Positions 36,301-48,439 of a stretch of DNA of 64,000 bases are shown piece by piece. The notes beneath the pieces are model-generated. The model saw nothing but the letters and a program-made list of their open reading frames with translations. It was not told where the DNA came from and searched no databases. A program made the translations under genes and the position numbers. This stretch comes from Selaginella moellendorffii. Lineage: Eukaryota > Plantae > Lycopodiophyta. The stretch is from positions 472,788 to 536,787 of the forward strand of contig NW_003314371.1 in assembly GCF_000143415.4 (NCBI RefSeq). The letters are read 5' to 3'. The stretch's first letter is position 1, and each line of letters opens with the position of its first letter.

Positions 36301-37674
36301 CCCAAAGTGGTTGATGGAGAAGCTAATCTACTTGCATGTAGTAGCATTGTAGTAGCTTTGACTAGATTCTCAATGGTGGACCATTATGCTAAGCTTAAGT
36401 TGGTTCCTTGTTCCTTGAGGGTTTGCCCATAAGGTGTTGGAACAAATTATAGCATTTACTTGCTATGGCTTGTTGGTTGATCCGTTAGCACTTGGAGTAG
36501 ATTGTTGGATAGAGAAGGTGTGAGGTTGAGGCATTGACATTACTAACACTTGTGTTAGTGGAAGTGGCATTATTATTTCAAGTGACGAGGATTTTCCTTA
36601 GAGCTTGATTTTCCATGTCATTTTTTTTCTTGTTAGTGTTTTAGCTTCACATTGGATCTTGAAGGTGGTTGAAGAAGAGTGTTAATGCAATGTGGATATC
36701 CAAAGATGTGGTCTTTGTGATCAAGCTTTAGATGTTCATTTTGCATTTTGCGGATGTCGGTGTTAGATGTCAGAAGTATGGGCAAAAAGAGATGTTCGAG
36801 GCTTAAGCATACTATGGGTCATGAGAATTTGTGTTGAGGTGAACTATGTGAAGTTGTTAGTAGGAGGAAGTTGGTTGAGTCTTGAAAGTTTGCATTCTTG
36901 GACTGAGAGTTATTCTTTCTCTAGAATGGAAAATTTTCCACAAATTTTCTTAGACTTTTCCAATGGCTGATCTGTTGTCACTTTGCTCGAAAACCATTCC
37001 GTTTTCATAAGCCAATACAAACTAGTAAAGGGGTTGGAGTTGACTTCGGTTGGCTTAGATCTTAGTAGGTAGTTTGTATGATGCAGCCCAAAAGGGATGC
37101 TAACTTTTGGGGCTAAAGCAATTGAGTTGGATAGAGTCTGGAGTTAGTGTAGAAAAGTGGCCGTTGCACTTTTCTAGAAAGGTGACCCTTGTGCCTTTCT
37201 TTTGTAGCATTATGCTTGGTGGCAGGTTGCACCTTGCATTTCGTAAGACTCTATGAGAGTAGTTAGCTCTCACTGATCTTGATTTGGTCTTGGTGGCTTT
37301 GCGCCTTGGCTGAGGATGGTGATGTCCAACTTAGTTGTTTGAGTTTGAGATGTTGGTACCCATACTGTAGCTTTGTCTATGAGGAGGTTGTGTACCGATA
37401 TGAGTCCATCTCGTGGTCTTCGCTTTAGTTTCGGCTAAGTGTTGGTCATGCATAGCTAGCCTCTTCAAGGCATGCTCAGAGCTAGTGGCTAAATGCATTA
37501 GTGAGCTTATTGCAGTTGCGTTGGATTCGAGTGGTTATTTAGTTTGTGCTTGTCAATGAACTTTTATCTTATACCGAAGGTATCACGTTCATGTTGGACA
37601 AGTATATGACTCAATGACATGAGTTAGTGTTTGGGTCTTGTGAAAGGCAAGACAAGTGATTGTTGGTTGCTTTG
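33386..37674. repeat. Large inverted repeat: 1703-bp arms (33386-35088 / 35972-37674) with an 883-bp spacer holding a 73-bp inner IR (35300-35372 / 35667-35739)
   Basis: Arm ends are reverse complements. The ORF track shows the same peptides on opposite strands (34090-34368- vs 36767-36970+; 34941-35189+ vs 35931-36119-). Confidence 0.92.
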
Positions 37675-38121
37675 CAACTAGTGATTGCTTGTAGACTTTG
37701 TCAAGGGCTTTTGACATTTGCTTCATTCAATGAAGATTTATCAATGATGGGCTTGCCTTACCAAATGGGGTTGCGGAGGATCGTGTCGTTAAACTTACAT
37801 GGGTTTTCCATGTTGGCATGTCGACTCTACCTCTGTTGATATCATTTGGTTGCGTTTAGTTCATAGTGTTGGATTTCATTGAGTCTTGGACGTGGTGATT
37901 CACTCCTTGAGGAAGTGTTATCTGTAACTGAGTTTTGCTAAAGGATTGGTCTCGGTTAATAACTAAAGTATCTTCGACCTTGGTTAGCTTAGTTGCTAGA
38001 GAGCTTTGAGTGGTGATTCACTCGTGCTTTCTTCTAGCTTTGTTCTAGTGTTGATGGCATTGAGGTGATGCTTTGTCATTGATATTATTGATGTTGAGAT
38101 TCAGGTGAGATGATATATCTA

Positions 38122-38338
38122 TCCTTAGGATTGATATTGAGTTTCATTGCTCTCGATGAAGATAGTGTTGATGATTTGGCTATAGCTTTGTGTTATTAGC
38201 ATTCGTGCATTTGCTAGTTAGCAACTGTGTCCTTAGGATTGATATTGAGTTTCATTGCTCTCGATGAAGATAGTGTTGATGATTTGGCTATAGCTTTGTG
38301 TTATTAGCATTCGTGCATTTGCTAGTTAGCAACTGTGT
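38122..38338. repeat. 108-bp direct tandem duplication
   Basis: tccttaggattgatattgag...gcaactgtg occurs twice in tandem. Confidence 0.9.
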
Positions 38339-38536
38339 TGACGTTCAAATGAACTGAGTGGCAAGTTTGAGTTAGTTGTGTTCTAGATGAGATTATTTAG
38401 TAGAGGGTTGAGCTTCGACTTTTTCCTTGAAAAGTGATTCAGTCGTGAACTATGCTAACTCTACAAGTGGAAGAGTTAGTGATCAATATTGAAGTGATCA
38501 AATCCTTGTTAGATTTGAGTTGGGATATATTGATCC

Positions 38537-38731
38537 TGTAAGCTCCTGAGTTTGGACTTCCCGGGAGGTCACCCAACCCAGTACTATTCAAACCCAAGGA
38601 CGCTTAACTCCAACTATCCCAAGACCCTTAACCGATTGGAAAAGGGGGTGCACTCTTGTTCATGGGCCCTTTCCCTCTATATTTGAACCCCAACGGATCG
38701 TCTCTCAAGTCGTTCCCTTTGGTTGCTTATA
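38537..38731 (-). mobile_element. Cassandra-type TRIM solo LTR carrying a 5S rRNA internal promoter segment (38554-38609)
   Basis: 195 bp, ends TGTAAGC...GCTTATA, TSD GATCC. The reverse strand has AGTTAAGCGTCCTTGGGTTTGAATAGTACTGGGTTGGGTGACCTCCCGGGAAGTCC, matching the A-box to C-box region of plant 5S rRNA. Confidence 0.85.
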
Positions 38732-41700
38732 GATCCTTGATGATTCTTCTTGTGCTTGTTATGAAGTGAGTTACGTCTTGCTATAGATGGATTCATGGAG
38801 GATCGATTAGATGGTCACTTGTTGAGCATAGCTTCGTTATGCTTAGCTTCTGGGTTGATGCAGACATGCTCTTCATTAGCTTTGCATTATAAAGTTTAGC
38901 TTATGGATGTGTTGAGGAGGATATTGTGGGTTGTACCATGATTTCTTCTTTAGCATTGAAGTTAGTTCATGCGAGGCTTGTGATCATTATTAAGCAAGAC
39001 TTAGCTATAGGCTTCTTCGAGCTTTTGGTTCTTTGAGTTTTATACTCATTGTTCCATTTGTTAGGAGTTGTTGGGGAAGGCATTTTAGCTTGTTTGCTTC
39101 GATGTTGAAGTTGGTTTTTGCATCTAGCAATCATTGGTGATGATTGACTATCATCTAAGATAGTTGATTATCCTTGTCAAGGGTTTTGCTTGATTATTGT
39201 TGGTATAGAATGATTTGCTGTTCTTCGGAATAGTAGATTCTTTCTTAGAAGATGATTATGCATCTCTTTATTGATGGGATGATTGATGATCTTTCGTGAT
39301 AGTTAGTTATTCTTTTTGATGGCTTTTGGCTTTTCGCAATACCACATATTCTTTGTGGTTTGCTCTGGATTGGTCTTTTGGATTTGAGACATCAGTAGGA
39401 TGTTGCTGACACTTGCTTAGGCGACTTGAGTTCCTTGGTGTTGTTGGCTGGGATCTGTTCAGATTGACTAGTACGATAGTTGGCATTAACGAATGTTTGT
39501 TGGTCTTACCGCATTCATTCTGTTTTGTTAATTATTGCTCGAGTTAGTTCTGATAGATCAGGACGTTATTTCCTTCAGGTGATACATTTGCGAGCATTTT
39601 GCTTGCCAGTCAATGATACTTTGTGTTCTTTGAGTTTTCTTTGGTAAGTTGTTTGGCATTCTATCTGCAATCTTTGATAGTTAAGTTTCATCATTGAGTT
39701 TCCTTGATGATATACTTGCTATTGCATTTTGTTGGATGGTGCATTCTATGTTTTCCAATGATAGTGATCTTGGTGGTTCCTATACTATACTAGTTTATCA
39801 GATGATAACTTGCTTAGAATACTTTTGTGTTCTACTTTAAGATATAATCACTGATAATTAAGCTTCTAAGATATCATTGTTTCTGACTTTGATATTGTCC
39901 ATCTATTGATCTTTGAGTTTGGGCCAGTATAGGCAGACTGGCTTCGGCACTTCGTGTGCATGTTGAAATCTCTAGTCATGGGGTAGCTACTGTCGACTGG
40001 TCACATAACCCGCCTCTTTGTCAATGTTCCTTATTTCGTTAAAAGGGCGTGACCGTGTAAACAACTCTAACTGCCTGTTTACAGTAGTCTATCTAAACCT
40101 TACCGACGAGTTTGGTTTCTTTGCTCATGAGGGTTGGGGTCTCTGGCTTCTCTCTCTATGTTCCTGCGGGCAGGGCATATCACACTTTTGTAAGTTGGGT
40201 GACTCCCAGAGCAGCAAGGGTGGCTAACTCCGTTGGTCATTTCCTTGTCGGCGACGGCCAGAAGGTGTCTGAGCTGGTAGCGCATCCGCATTAGACAAAG
40301 AGGTTACCCCTAACTCATTTAAGTTGGTGCATTTCTCACATAGTGTGAGTACCGTGAACTTTTTCTGGAGTTGTTTCCTTGGCGGTATTCTAGACTCGAG
40401 TATGCATCGACGAGGACGTCGATCTTCCCTAGGGGGGGAGAGTGTCGCGCATGTGACTTCGGGTATCGAAAGTTACCTGTCGACTAGTCCTTACGGACAC
40501 TCTTACCTTACTGCCACGATGGCAGAAGGTCGGTATTGCTGGACCCTTTATTAGCCCCTCTTGTGCTAGTGGAGTTAACTGGGCATTTCGAGTGTACTTA
40601 GACCGGACGAGCATAAGGACGGAATTCCTACGTGTTATTAGCTAAGCATACTTAGCCCGGTAAGGAGTTCCCATCTCGTTTTGTCTTGCACTTGCTAGTG
40701 ACAAGAACCCTCGCGTATTGAGATTAGTCCCTCAATATCGCTACATGATAGCTTACCGTGCCTGCCAAACACCCTCGCTATCATGCCCTTTGTGTTAATC
40801 TCATTTCGGTCCCAAATGCTATTTATGGAAAGTGTCCAGATTTACTCATTTGGCATATCTACAGAATGTAGAGATCGGCCTGAACATAATGGTGTTCGTC
40901 CTGTGTCCAAATTCGCAATCTAGCGCCATTCCATATTTAGTAAGTTTCGAGCTTGTCCCAGAGACTAACTCCTGATACTAAGGGAGGCTTGGGGTGAAAG
41001 CCCAAAGCGTGTGTTCCTCAAGGGGGGGGGGGGGGGGGCTGTGGGGGGTTCCAAATGTATAGTAGGGATAGTGGGTAGGTCGGGCATGGCCAACCAACCT
41101 GAGGCATAGTCTAGCTCCCGCTTGCGTGCTTGTCCTTGTTCTGCGTCCGGCTTGGGTCTAAGCCCAAGTTCCATTCCATGCTAATTGGTGGAGTACCCAT
41201 GTCCTCGCGTTAGGCCACCGGTATGCCGAAATAGCGCCAAACTCCGTTTGGCTCCATTTTGCGTGCTAGTCCTGGCATTGGGATGCTGATTACTCTAGGA
41301 CTGTTCCAAGTCGCTCCGGGCTCCTGTCCCTTCGCTCCTTGGGCTTTATGCTCGGGAGTTGCTCCGTGGTTCGGTTCCGTCACTCCTTGGCTCCATGCTT
41401 GGGAGTTTGGCACCGTTCCTTTGTTCAGTGGCCCAAGGCCCTGAACCTCGGGTTCCTATGGACACGTGGCATGGACACGTGACATATTAAGGTAAATCAC
41501 CATAGGATAAAGGGTCAAAACCACGTGCGCATCCTTCCATTGTGTAGACCAGCTATTCCATGTGAGGCAATTAGTCATCCACCCGTACCGCAGTCCCACT
41601 GTGGATACCTTCGTCCGTGGATACTCCACACAAGAGGAAGGACGTACGCATGGATGCCCAATACGTACGATTTCAAATTTAGGGGTAGGAATATACCTTG

Positions 41701-43838
41701 CTCAAGGGTATATTATACTTTTAAGTAGCCACTAATCAATGGGAATCGAACCCGTGCCATTGGCTCTGATACCAACTGTAGCGCACCTTATCTCTCTCCC
41801 TTTAAGCCAACTGGAAAAGGGGCAATTGCTTGATGAAAGAGCCCTTAGTGGCTATTTTATCCCCATTTATCCCCCAAGGTTCCAAGGATCCACGGTGACA
41901 GTATATCCAAATCTCATCCCATGATCACATGCGCTACAGATACCAAGTTGTAAGCGACTAAATTTTCCATTCTACTTCAATTAGTTAACCACACTTCCAA
42001 CCACTTAGAGGAGTCTCACTCACAACCTCCATAGGTCCTATTTTGGACTTAGGGACTTGCTAGCCCCCAAGAATGGCATCCATGCCACTCAACCATTGCA
42101 CTTGGTCCAAGTGCTCCACGTGTCCAATCCGATGACTGACATCCCAAGGTACCATTGACATATCTGCCCGTTATGTTAAAGCCATGCCTATTCATCTTGG
42201 TCATATTGGTGGTTTGACACCATCTACATTACAGTCCCGTTTCTCAAAGATTAGGCCATCTGTCCATGAGTGATCATTCCAGATCCACTCCTTAGCATCC
42301 TTAGGATGCCTATAGACATAGGGAATAACCTTCCTCAACATCCCTTTTCCGGTCTCCACCAAGTCCCTTTCTGCCCATGGCCATGTTTGCCAACACTGCC
42401 ATTGGATAGAGGCTCACAAGCCCGACCACTAAGTCCCATGGTCCTCTGGGACTTCCTCACCACCCGACTGTATTCTTGGTCACTACACCAGAGGACTATT
42501 CCTCTTCCTTTCCACAGTCTGGGCCTTTGGGACAACATTTCGGAACACCGTAGCCTTACGCGAGCCTCGTGGGTACTTTCCCCGCCTTCTGCCTTTGGGT
42601 GCTCTAGCCGTGGGCTTAGAGTGAGGTTCCGTTAAGCCACACTAGGTATCCAAGTAGGTAGTGCCACCCACACTTGGACTAGGAGCATCGGCCAATCGAT
42701 CTCCCGGGGGAACTAGAGCCGGCTCTTGAACACTTCACCAAGCTACCCCACTTGTCGATCCGTGTTCACTCTAGTCTTGAACTTCCCAGTGGGCAACTCA
42801 TCACCCAACACTAGGTACAACTTTTTTGGGCCAAACTGGCCTTTCCTGGCCAAATTGGCTCCACTGCAATCCTCCCCCTTACTATACTTTTGGAGCTCAT
42901 CAAACCCCCCAAGGTTTGGGAGATGAACACTTTGGGCTTTCACCCTCTCAAACTCGAACTCGGACTCAGACTCAAACTTGGACTCAGACTCGGACTTGGA
43001 CTCGGACTCAGACTCGGCCTCAGCCTCGGTCTTGGTCTCGGTCCCGATCTCAGTCTCAGTCCCGGTCTCAGTCTCGGTCCCGGTCTCGGTCTCGACTCCA
43101 TCTCGGGTCCTTTTCGGACTCCATCTCGGATTCCATCTCGGGTCCATCTCAGACTCTGTCTCGGTCCATCTCGGACTCCATCTCAGACTCCATCTCGGGT
43201 CCATCTCGGACTCCATCTCAGGTCCATATCAGACTCCATCTCGGTCCATCTCGGACTCCATCTTAGGTCCATCTCGGACTCCATCTCGGGTCCATCTCGA
43301 ACTCCATCTTGATTCATTTCGAACTCCATCTCGGTCCATCTCGGACTCCATCTCAGACACTTTCACGTGTCATGTGTTAGTCCTTTTGGGTCCCTTTTTA
43401 AAGCTTCGCTTATTGCTCGCTTTGTGCTCATTCCTCAAGCACTTTGTTGGGAGTTCCACTCTTGCTCTCGACTTTTCAAATTAAAACTTTTGGTCTAAAC
43501 GTGTTACACTCGTTTGGCTTTTGCTTTGGCCACTATCATATGGCACCCTTCAGCCTCCACTTTGGGCTTAAGGATTTTGTGTCTCACATTACAGCATTGG
43601 TTAAGAGAGTTTAAAAATTATAAACAATAAAAATTGTTAGATAGTAAAGTATTCCAAAAAATGCAAGCATATTCTAAATATATCTGCCGGACTTTTTTTT
43701 GCCTACCTGAAATTTTTTATAACGGCTTTTAAAAAAGGAAACGCTAAAGACAGAGAGACCTGAGCGACTGAGGGTGTCGCATAGCTGGGATGTGCGATGG
43801 GAGTGATAAACCCAGCGAGAGCTTCGCTATGGAGCCCA

Positions 43839-45844
43839 TTAACGAGCAAGAGGGCTGGTGGTGGCGGTGATGTCCTGGAACACGCGAAGTCGCCGGCTCT
43901 GCTCCTGGAGCTGCTGCAATTGCTGCTGGAATGAAGAAGAGGTGGAAGAACTCGAGGGCGGTGGCCTCGGATCGTTGAGCCCCAGCCCCTTGGGACTCTG
44001 GATGAATCCTAGCTCGCCACCCAGGCACGACGCGGACGGCAGCAGCACCTGGAAAGGCTGGTGTTGACGACGATCATCGCTGGCTCCTCCGCTAAACAGC
44101 TGCTGCTTCACGGGAGACGAAGCAGCCGACTTGGAGATTCCCGGAGGTGGTCGTAGAGAAGCATTGCCAGGAGGAGCTGCTGCAACCAAAACTAGAGACT
44201 CATGGGTCCATCGATCAAAAGAAACTACAGGAGAAAGAAGCAGGAACTTTTCTTTACCTCCCAGATTGTCGAAGGACTCCAGCGAGAGGGATCTCCGAGC
44301 GGTGGCAGAGGGGCGTGGCGGCTTGCTGGGCGAAAACTTGAGGCTGTTGCTGCTCGTGTTGGTGGCCATGGCGCCAGAGTTAGAGTTCGAGTTTGCATTG
44401 ACGCACAGCAGCTCCAGCTTCTTCTTGAGCGCCTCCGCCGCAAGAAAATGGTGATCCTCCTGCTGCTGGGCGATGATGTTTACGTTGGCGTTCTCATCCG
44501 CATCGTCAACAAGATTATACTCTTCCTCCTCCTCCTCGTCGTAGTCCCAGGAATCGTACGTGGGCATCTGCTGGCTTCGCGGCTGGGTTTGCTGCTGCTG
44601 CTGCTGGAGGCGATGTTGGTGGATTTCAATCTCTTGCTTGAGCTTGGATTGAGCTTGGGGAGCGTGGGCAACAAGACGTAAAATGCCGGTGCTTGGCAAG
44701 TGCTGCGGCTGATGTTGCTGTCCTTGCTCCATCTCCGCCAGCATCTCCTGTGCGCGCTCGTAAGACTTAAGGTGCGAGTCGGCACCCCAACGAGCATCTG
44801 AGGATGCGGGCATCACGCTCTTGAGTAGCACTTTGGCCTCGTCCACGCGACCTTGCTTCATCAAGCAAATGCCCAGGTTACACATCTTGTTGTTGTCCGG
44901 TTCCATGGACAGAGCTTTCCTGCCAATGATCCACAGCTTATGATCAATCGATTCAATGGGATTGCCTACCTGTAGACTGCCTCCGCTGCGATGAAATCGG
45001 ATTGCTGCATGTACGCCCAGCCCAGATTCCCCTGCAAAGGACAAGATCGATCGATCGATCGATGAGAAAGAGCAAGAGCAAGAGCAAGAGCAAGAGCAAG
45101 AAGTTTCTTTCGCTGACCAGCAAGCGTGTGGCCTCCTGCTCGATGGAAACTTGGAACTTCTTGCCTTGCGAGCGCGCGGTCTTGGTCCGCTTGCCATTGA
45201 AGGCGAGGCCCGCGTAGATCAGCTGGAGCTTGTGCTTGAGGAGAGCGATCTGATCGTCCAGCCGGCCACACCTCTGGGAGAGAGAGAATCGCCCAAGTCA
45301 GCGATTTCATCGATCCATGTCCGAGAGACTGGATTTGGGGGAAAAAGGGGGCTTACCTTGTAGAGATCGAGGAGGACATTGTCCAGCGACTCCTGGGCTT
45401 GATCCGAGCAGCGCCCGCGCAGCGATTTGATGGCCTCGATCGCCTCCTCGGGCCGGTTCTGCTGCTTCATCACGATCGCCATGTCCTTGAGCGCGCTGTC
45501 CACGCGGTCGCCCGCATTGATCGCCGCCCAGAAGAGCGCGATGGCCTTGTCCGGCTCCTTGTCCACCAGCTGCCAAAAGGGGGTTCTCTCAGAGATGCGA
45601 TGCGAGACAGTGCGCGACCGATCGATCGATCGATCGGATGGAATTGGTCCCTTTCTTTTACCTGGACGTGCTTGGCGCGGACGTAGGGCGAGTCCCCCAG
45701 CGGCACCTTGTGGATGACGTGAAAGGAATCGGCGCGCGAGGGAGGGCGCTTGCCGGCGGCGACGAGCGGCTTGACCGGTGAGCAGGGCGCCGATTTGCTC
45801 ATCCTGGGATGCGGGGGAAGATTGCTGGAGCTGCTGTTCCACAT
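43839..45844 (-). CDS. TPR protein of the MS5/TDM1/POLLENLESS3 - SDI1 family, multi-exon
   Basis: FHVIHKVPLGDSPYVRAKHVQ|LVDKEPDKAIALFWAAINAGDRVDSALKDMA, QESLDNVLLDLYK, KTARSQGKKFQVS, LGNLGWAYMQ, PDNNKMCNLGICL, and C-terminal RRLRVFQDIT. Confidence 0.9.
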
Positions 45845-46196
45845 TCTCCTTTCCTCCGCGATCGCTGGAGCGCGCTAGCAGCTAGAAAATCGAGAGGAGC
45901 GAGAGCGGGAGGAGAGCGCGCGAGAGAAAGAAGAAGAAGGAGAGAGATTTTCTAACAGCCACAATCCGTGCTCTGCTGCCCGTTGGAGCACTTTAGGGCA
46001 AGCGCTCTCCCAACGGTCGAATCCTGGTGCGTACGGTATCGCGCGTACGGAGGGAGCGTACGGCGCGGTGGAGCATATTTGGAGAATTAGATCCGCTTGT
46101 TCTCCTCGCAAGTTGGATGGCTTCGTTCCAGACAAGAAAGAATTTTTCCAGTTGAATCACTGTGATTTTTGTTTGTTTGTTTTTTTCTTTCATGAG

Positions 46197-47327
46197 CTAC
46201 TTATTTGGTTCTTTGTTGCGAGAGAGCGAGTCGCGGATGAGAGTGTGCGTGAGCTCCTTGGGCAATCCCATGACGCTGTCAAGAGTTCCAATCTAGAAAA
46301 ACCAAAGCAAAGGCACGCTTTTGGTTTGGTGCTTGGATTCTTCAAACCGGAAATTCGTTTTACCATGGACTGGACAAATGGAGAGACGAGGGGATGCTCC
46401 ACCAGGAGGCCGCCGGCGGCATACAGGACCGACCCTTCCTTGATCTGAAACAACAAACGAGTAAAGTTTTGGAATCCTTGCCAAGCTCTCGGGAAGGCAA
46501 AGCAAAAGACAAATAGCTATTTACCAGATCGTCGATTACTTGCTCGGGAATAGGATGGAAGTAAATCTGCGAAGAAGAAACCAAGCTCGAGAAAGACCAA
46601 AAAAAAAAAGAAGCTTTGGTTTTCTTGCCTCGGCTTTGTCGATGCTACCATTGCTGACTCCAGTGGTCACATTTGTCACAAGCACGGCACTCACTGTGAT
46701 GGCTGGGTCTCGCGCGTAGCCTGCCAAAACAAAGCATGGAAGAATCACAAAGTGCAAACGAAGAACCACGTAAGAATGAATCTCAAGCTTACCAGCGATG
46801 AAGGTGCGAGCTTCGTCGCCATTCAATGGCTTCTCGCGCACAACACCTCCGTTCACCACGACCGGTATTTTCAAGAACGAGGGAGATTAGACAACGTTGT
46901 ACGAGCGACAGGAATAAGAACTCACCTGGTCCGCGGTGATGAGAAGAACTTCTTCGTCCGAAGTTTCGAGGCTTGTGATCCGTGGCAAGATAGCTTGAGC
47001 CTGCGAAAACCGCTGATGGTTGATGCGCGTGAACTTAAAGACGTCTCACCTTGGCGTGAGCAAGCGCCATGACCAGCTCTTCCGGAGTTTCTCTTCGAAT
47101 GGCACGCTCATCGATGTCCGCCGACTGGAAAAAGAAGAGTATGAGAAGGAAAAAGAAGAGAGAGAGGCTACCATCACAGTGAAGTTGTAACCCATCTCTC
47201 GAAGAACCGCTTGCCGCGTTTGTGAGGAAGAACCCAGTATGATCTACCAAAGGAAAATGGCGGTGGAACGCTTGTATATCGATCGAACACCGCATACCTT
47301 GACACTCCCGAGCTCTTCCAAGCCCAT
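46197..47327 (-). CDS. Maf-like nucleoside triphosphate pyrophosphatase, multi-exon
   Basis: IILGSSSQTRQAVLREMGY, SADIDERAIR, LLITADQVVV..VREKP, AGGLLVEHP, DSVMGLPK. Confidence 0.88.
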
Positions 47328-47364
47328 TCTTACACAAGTTTAGGGCACCCAGAGGCGCTGAGCC

Positions 47365-48423
47365 ATGGCTGAGGACGTTCGCTCCTACCTCGAGCCTTCA
47401 TACTGGTAAGCCGTTAGCAACTTTGGTGGATCATCATCCCTTGCAGGGACGAGAGGTTTTCCAGGGAGAGCCACTACGAGTGGTTCAAGGACTACTCCCA
47501 GTTCCAGCATTTGATCCACGCTCATTGCAGTGGCAAAAACGCAAAGGTACGTGTTTGGCTAAGCAAGGCGCTGGTTTCCTCACGTAGAGGAGGAGTTCAC
47601 ACTAGATTTTGGAACTTGGATGTGGCAACTCGCGCATGAGCGAAGATATGTACCGAGACGGCTTCACGGACATCACAGCGACTGATCTCTCGCCTGTGGC
47701 TGTGGAGAGCAAGCGACGGAGATGCTCCGACTTGAACTATGGTATTCTTCTCGGCATTTCTTCTTTTCAGCTTTGTCATTCTTGTCTCTCCAGGCATCAA
47801 AGTTCTTGTAGCTGATATCATGGACATGCCATTCAAGGACGCGAGCTTCGACGTTGTGATCGAGAAGGGAGTGATGGTATGATACAGAGATAGTGTTTGG
47901 CTTTTATATCGGATCAAAATCAAAGGAACAAACAGGATGTTCTCTTCGTGGACAGCGGGAGTCCCTGGGATCCAGAGCCCCAAACAAGAGCCCGAGTTGA
48001 CGCGACGCTCAAAGAGGTACACCGAGTTCTTGGAGCGAATGGTGTTTTCATCTCAATAGCATTTGGCCAGGCAAGAAAGACTTTGATCTTAGAGCTTCTA
48101 CTCTCTTTTTAACTCTTTGCCTTGACAGCCTCACTTTCGACGCCCCTTTTTCGAGGCCAGTGGCTTCGAGTGGTCCATGGAGTACTCAACCTTTGGAGAC
48201 TCGTTCCACTATTATTTTTATACGCTAAGAAAGGTTGTCTCTTTCCTCCCCGATCAATCTTTAAAACGCTCTAACATCGTTTCACCAGGGAATGGCCAGA
48301 AAGGTTTTGCCTCGAGACTCGATGGAAATCACAAGCATTGACATGGTGCAGGAGCAAATGGATGACGAAGATTATATCATGAGAACCATGATGGTCGATG
48401 ACGACAAAACCACGTCCAGTTGA
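47365..48423 (+). CDS. EEF1AKMT4/METTL13-N-like class I SAM methyltransferase, multi-exon
   Basis: YW|DERF..HYEWFKDY, ILELGCGNSRMS, FDVVIEKGVM|DVLFVDSGSPW, LKEVHRVL, FGQ|PHFRRP, TFGDSFHYYFY. Confidence 0.88.
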
Positions 48424-48439
48424 TCGATCATTCCAAATG

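Larger units (their letters stand above)
33072..41938 (-). mobile_element. TRIM-like element (162-bp LTRs at 33072-33233 and 41777-41938; ~0.67 kb without its 8.1 kb nested insert)
   Basis: LTR ends TGTAGCGCA...TGCGCTACA, about 4 mismatches between LTRs, TSD GATAC on both sides, PBS at 41763-41774 and PPT at 33234-33247. Confidence 0.88.
30559..43588 (-). mobile_element. Family A LTR retroelement with decayed internal region: 5' LTR 41949-43588, truncated 3' LTR ~30559-31381, interrupted by nested insertions
   Basis: Both LTRs end ttttgtgtctcaca on + and contain (ctcgga)n/(ctccatctcgg)n microrepeats. An iMet PBS TGGTATCAGAGC is rebuilt by joining 33061-33071 to 41944-41948. Confidence 0.8.

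Noticed and set aside
38554-38609. 5S rRNA gene
   Set aside because: Only the internal 56 bp is present, without 5S ends or a T-run terminator, and it is embedded in an LTR with a TSD.
12727-48423. PRUNE, Maf and the methyltransferase as tailoring or pyrophosphate-removing members of the terpenoid cluster
   Set aside because: They are conserved housekeeping families (the methyltransferase type acts on proteins), their duplicates decayed, and only proximity links them.
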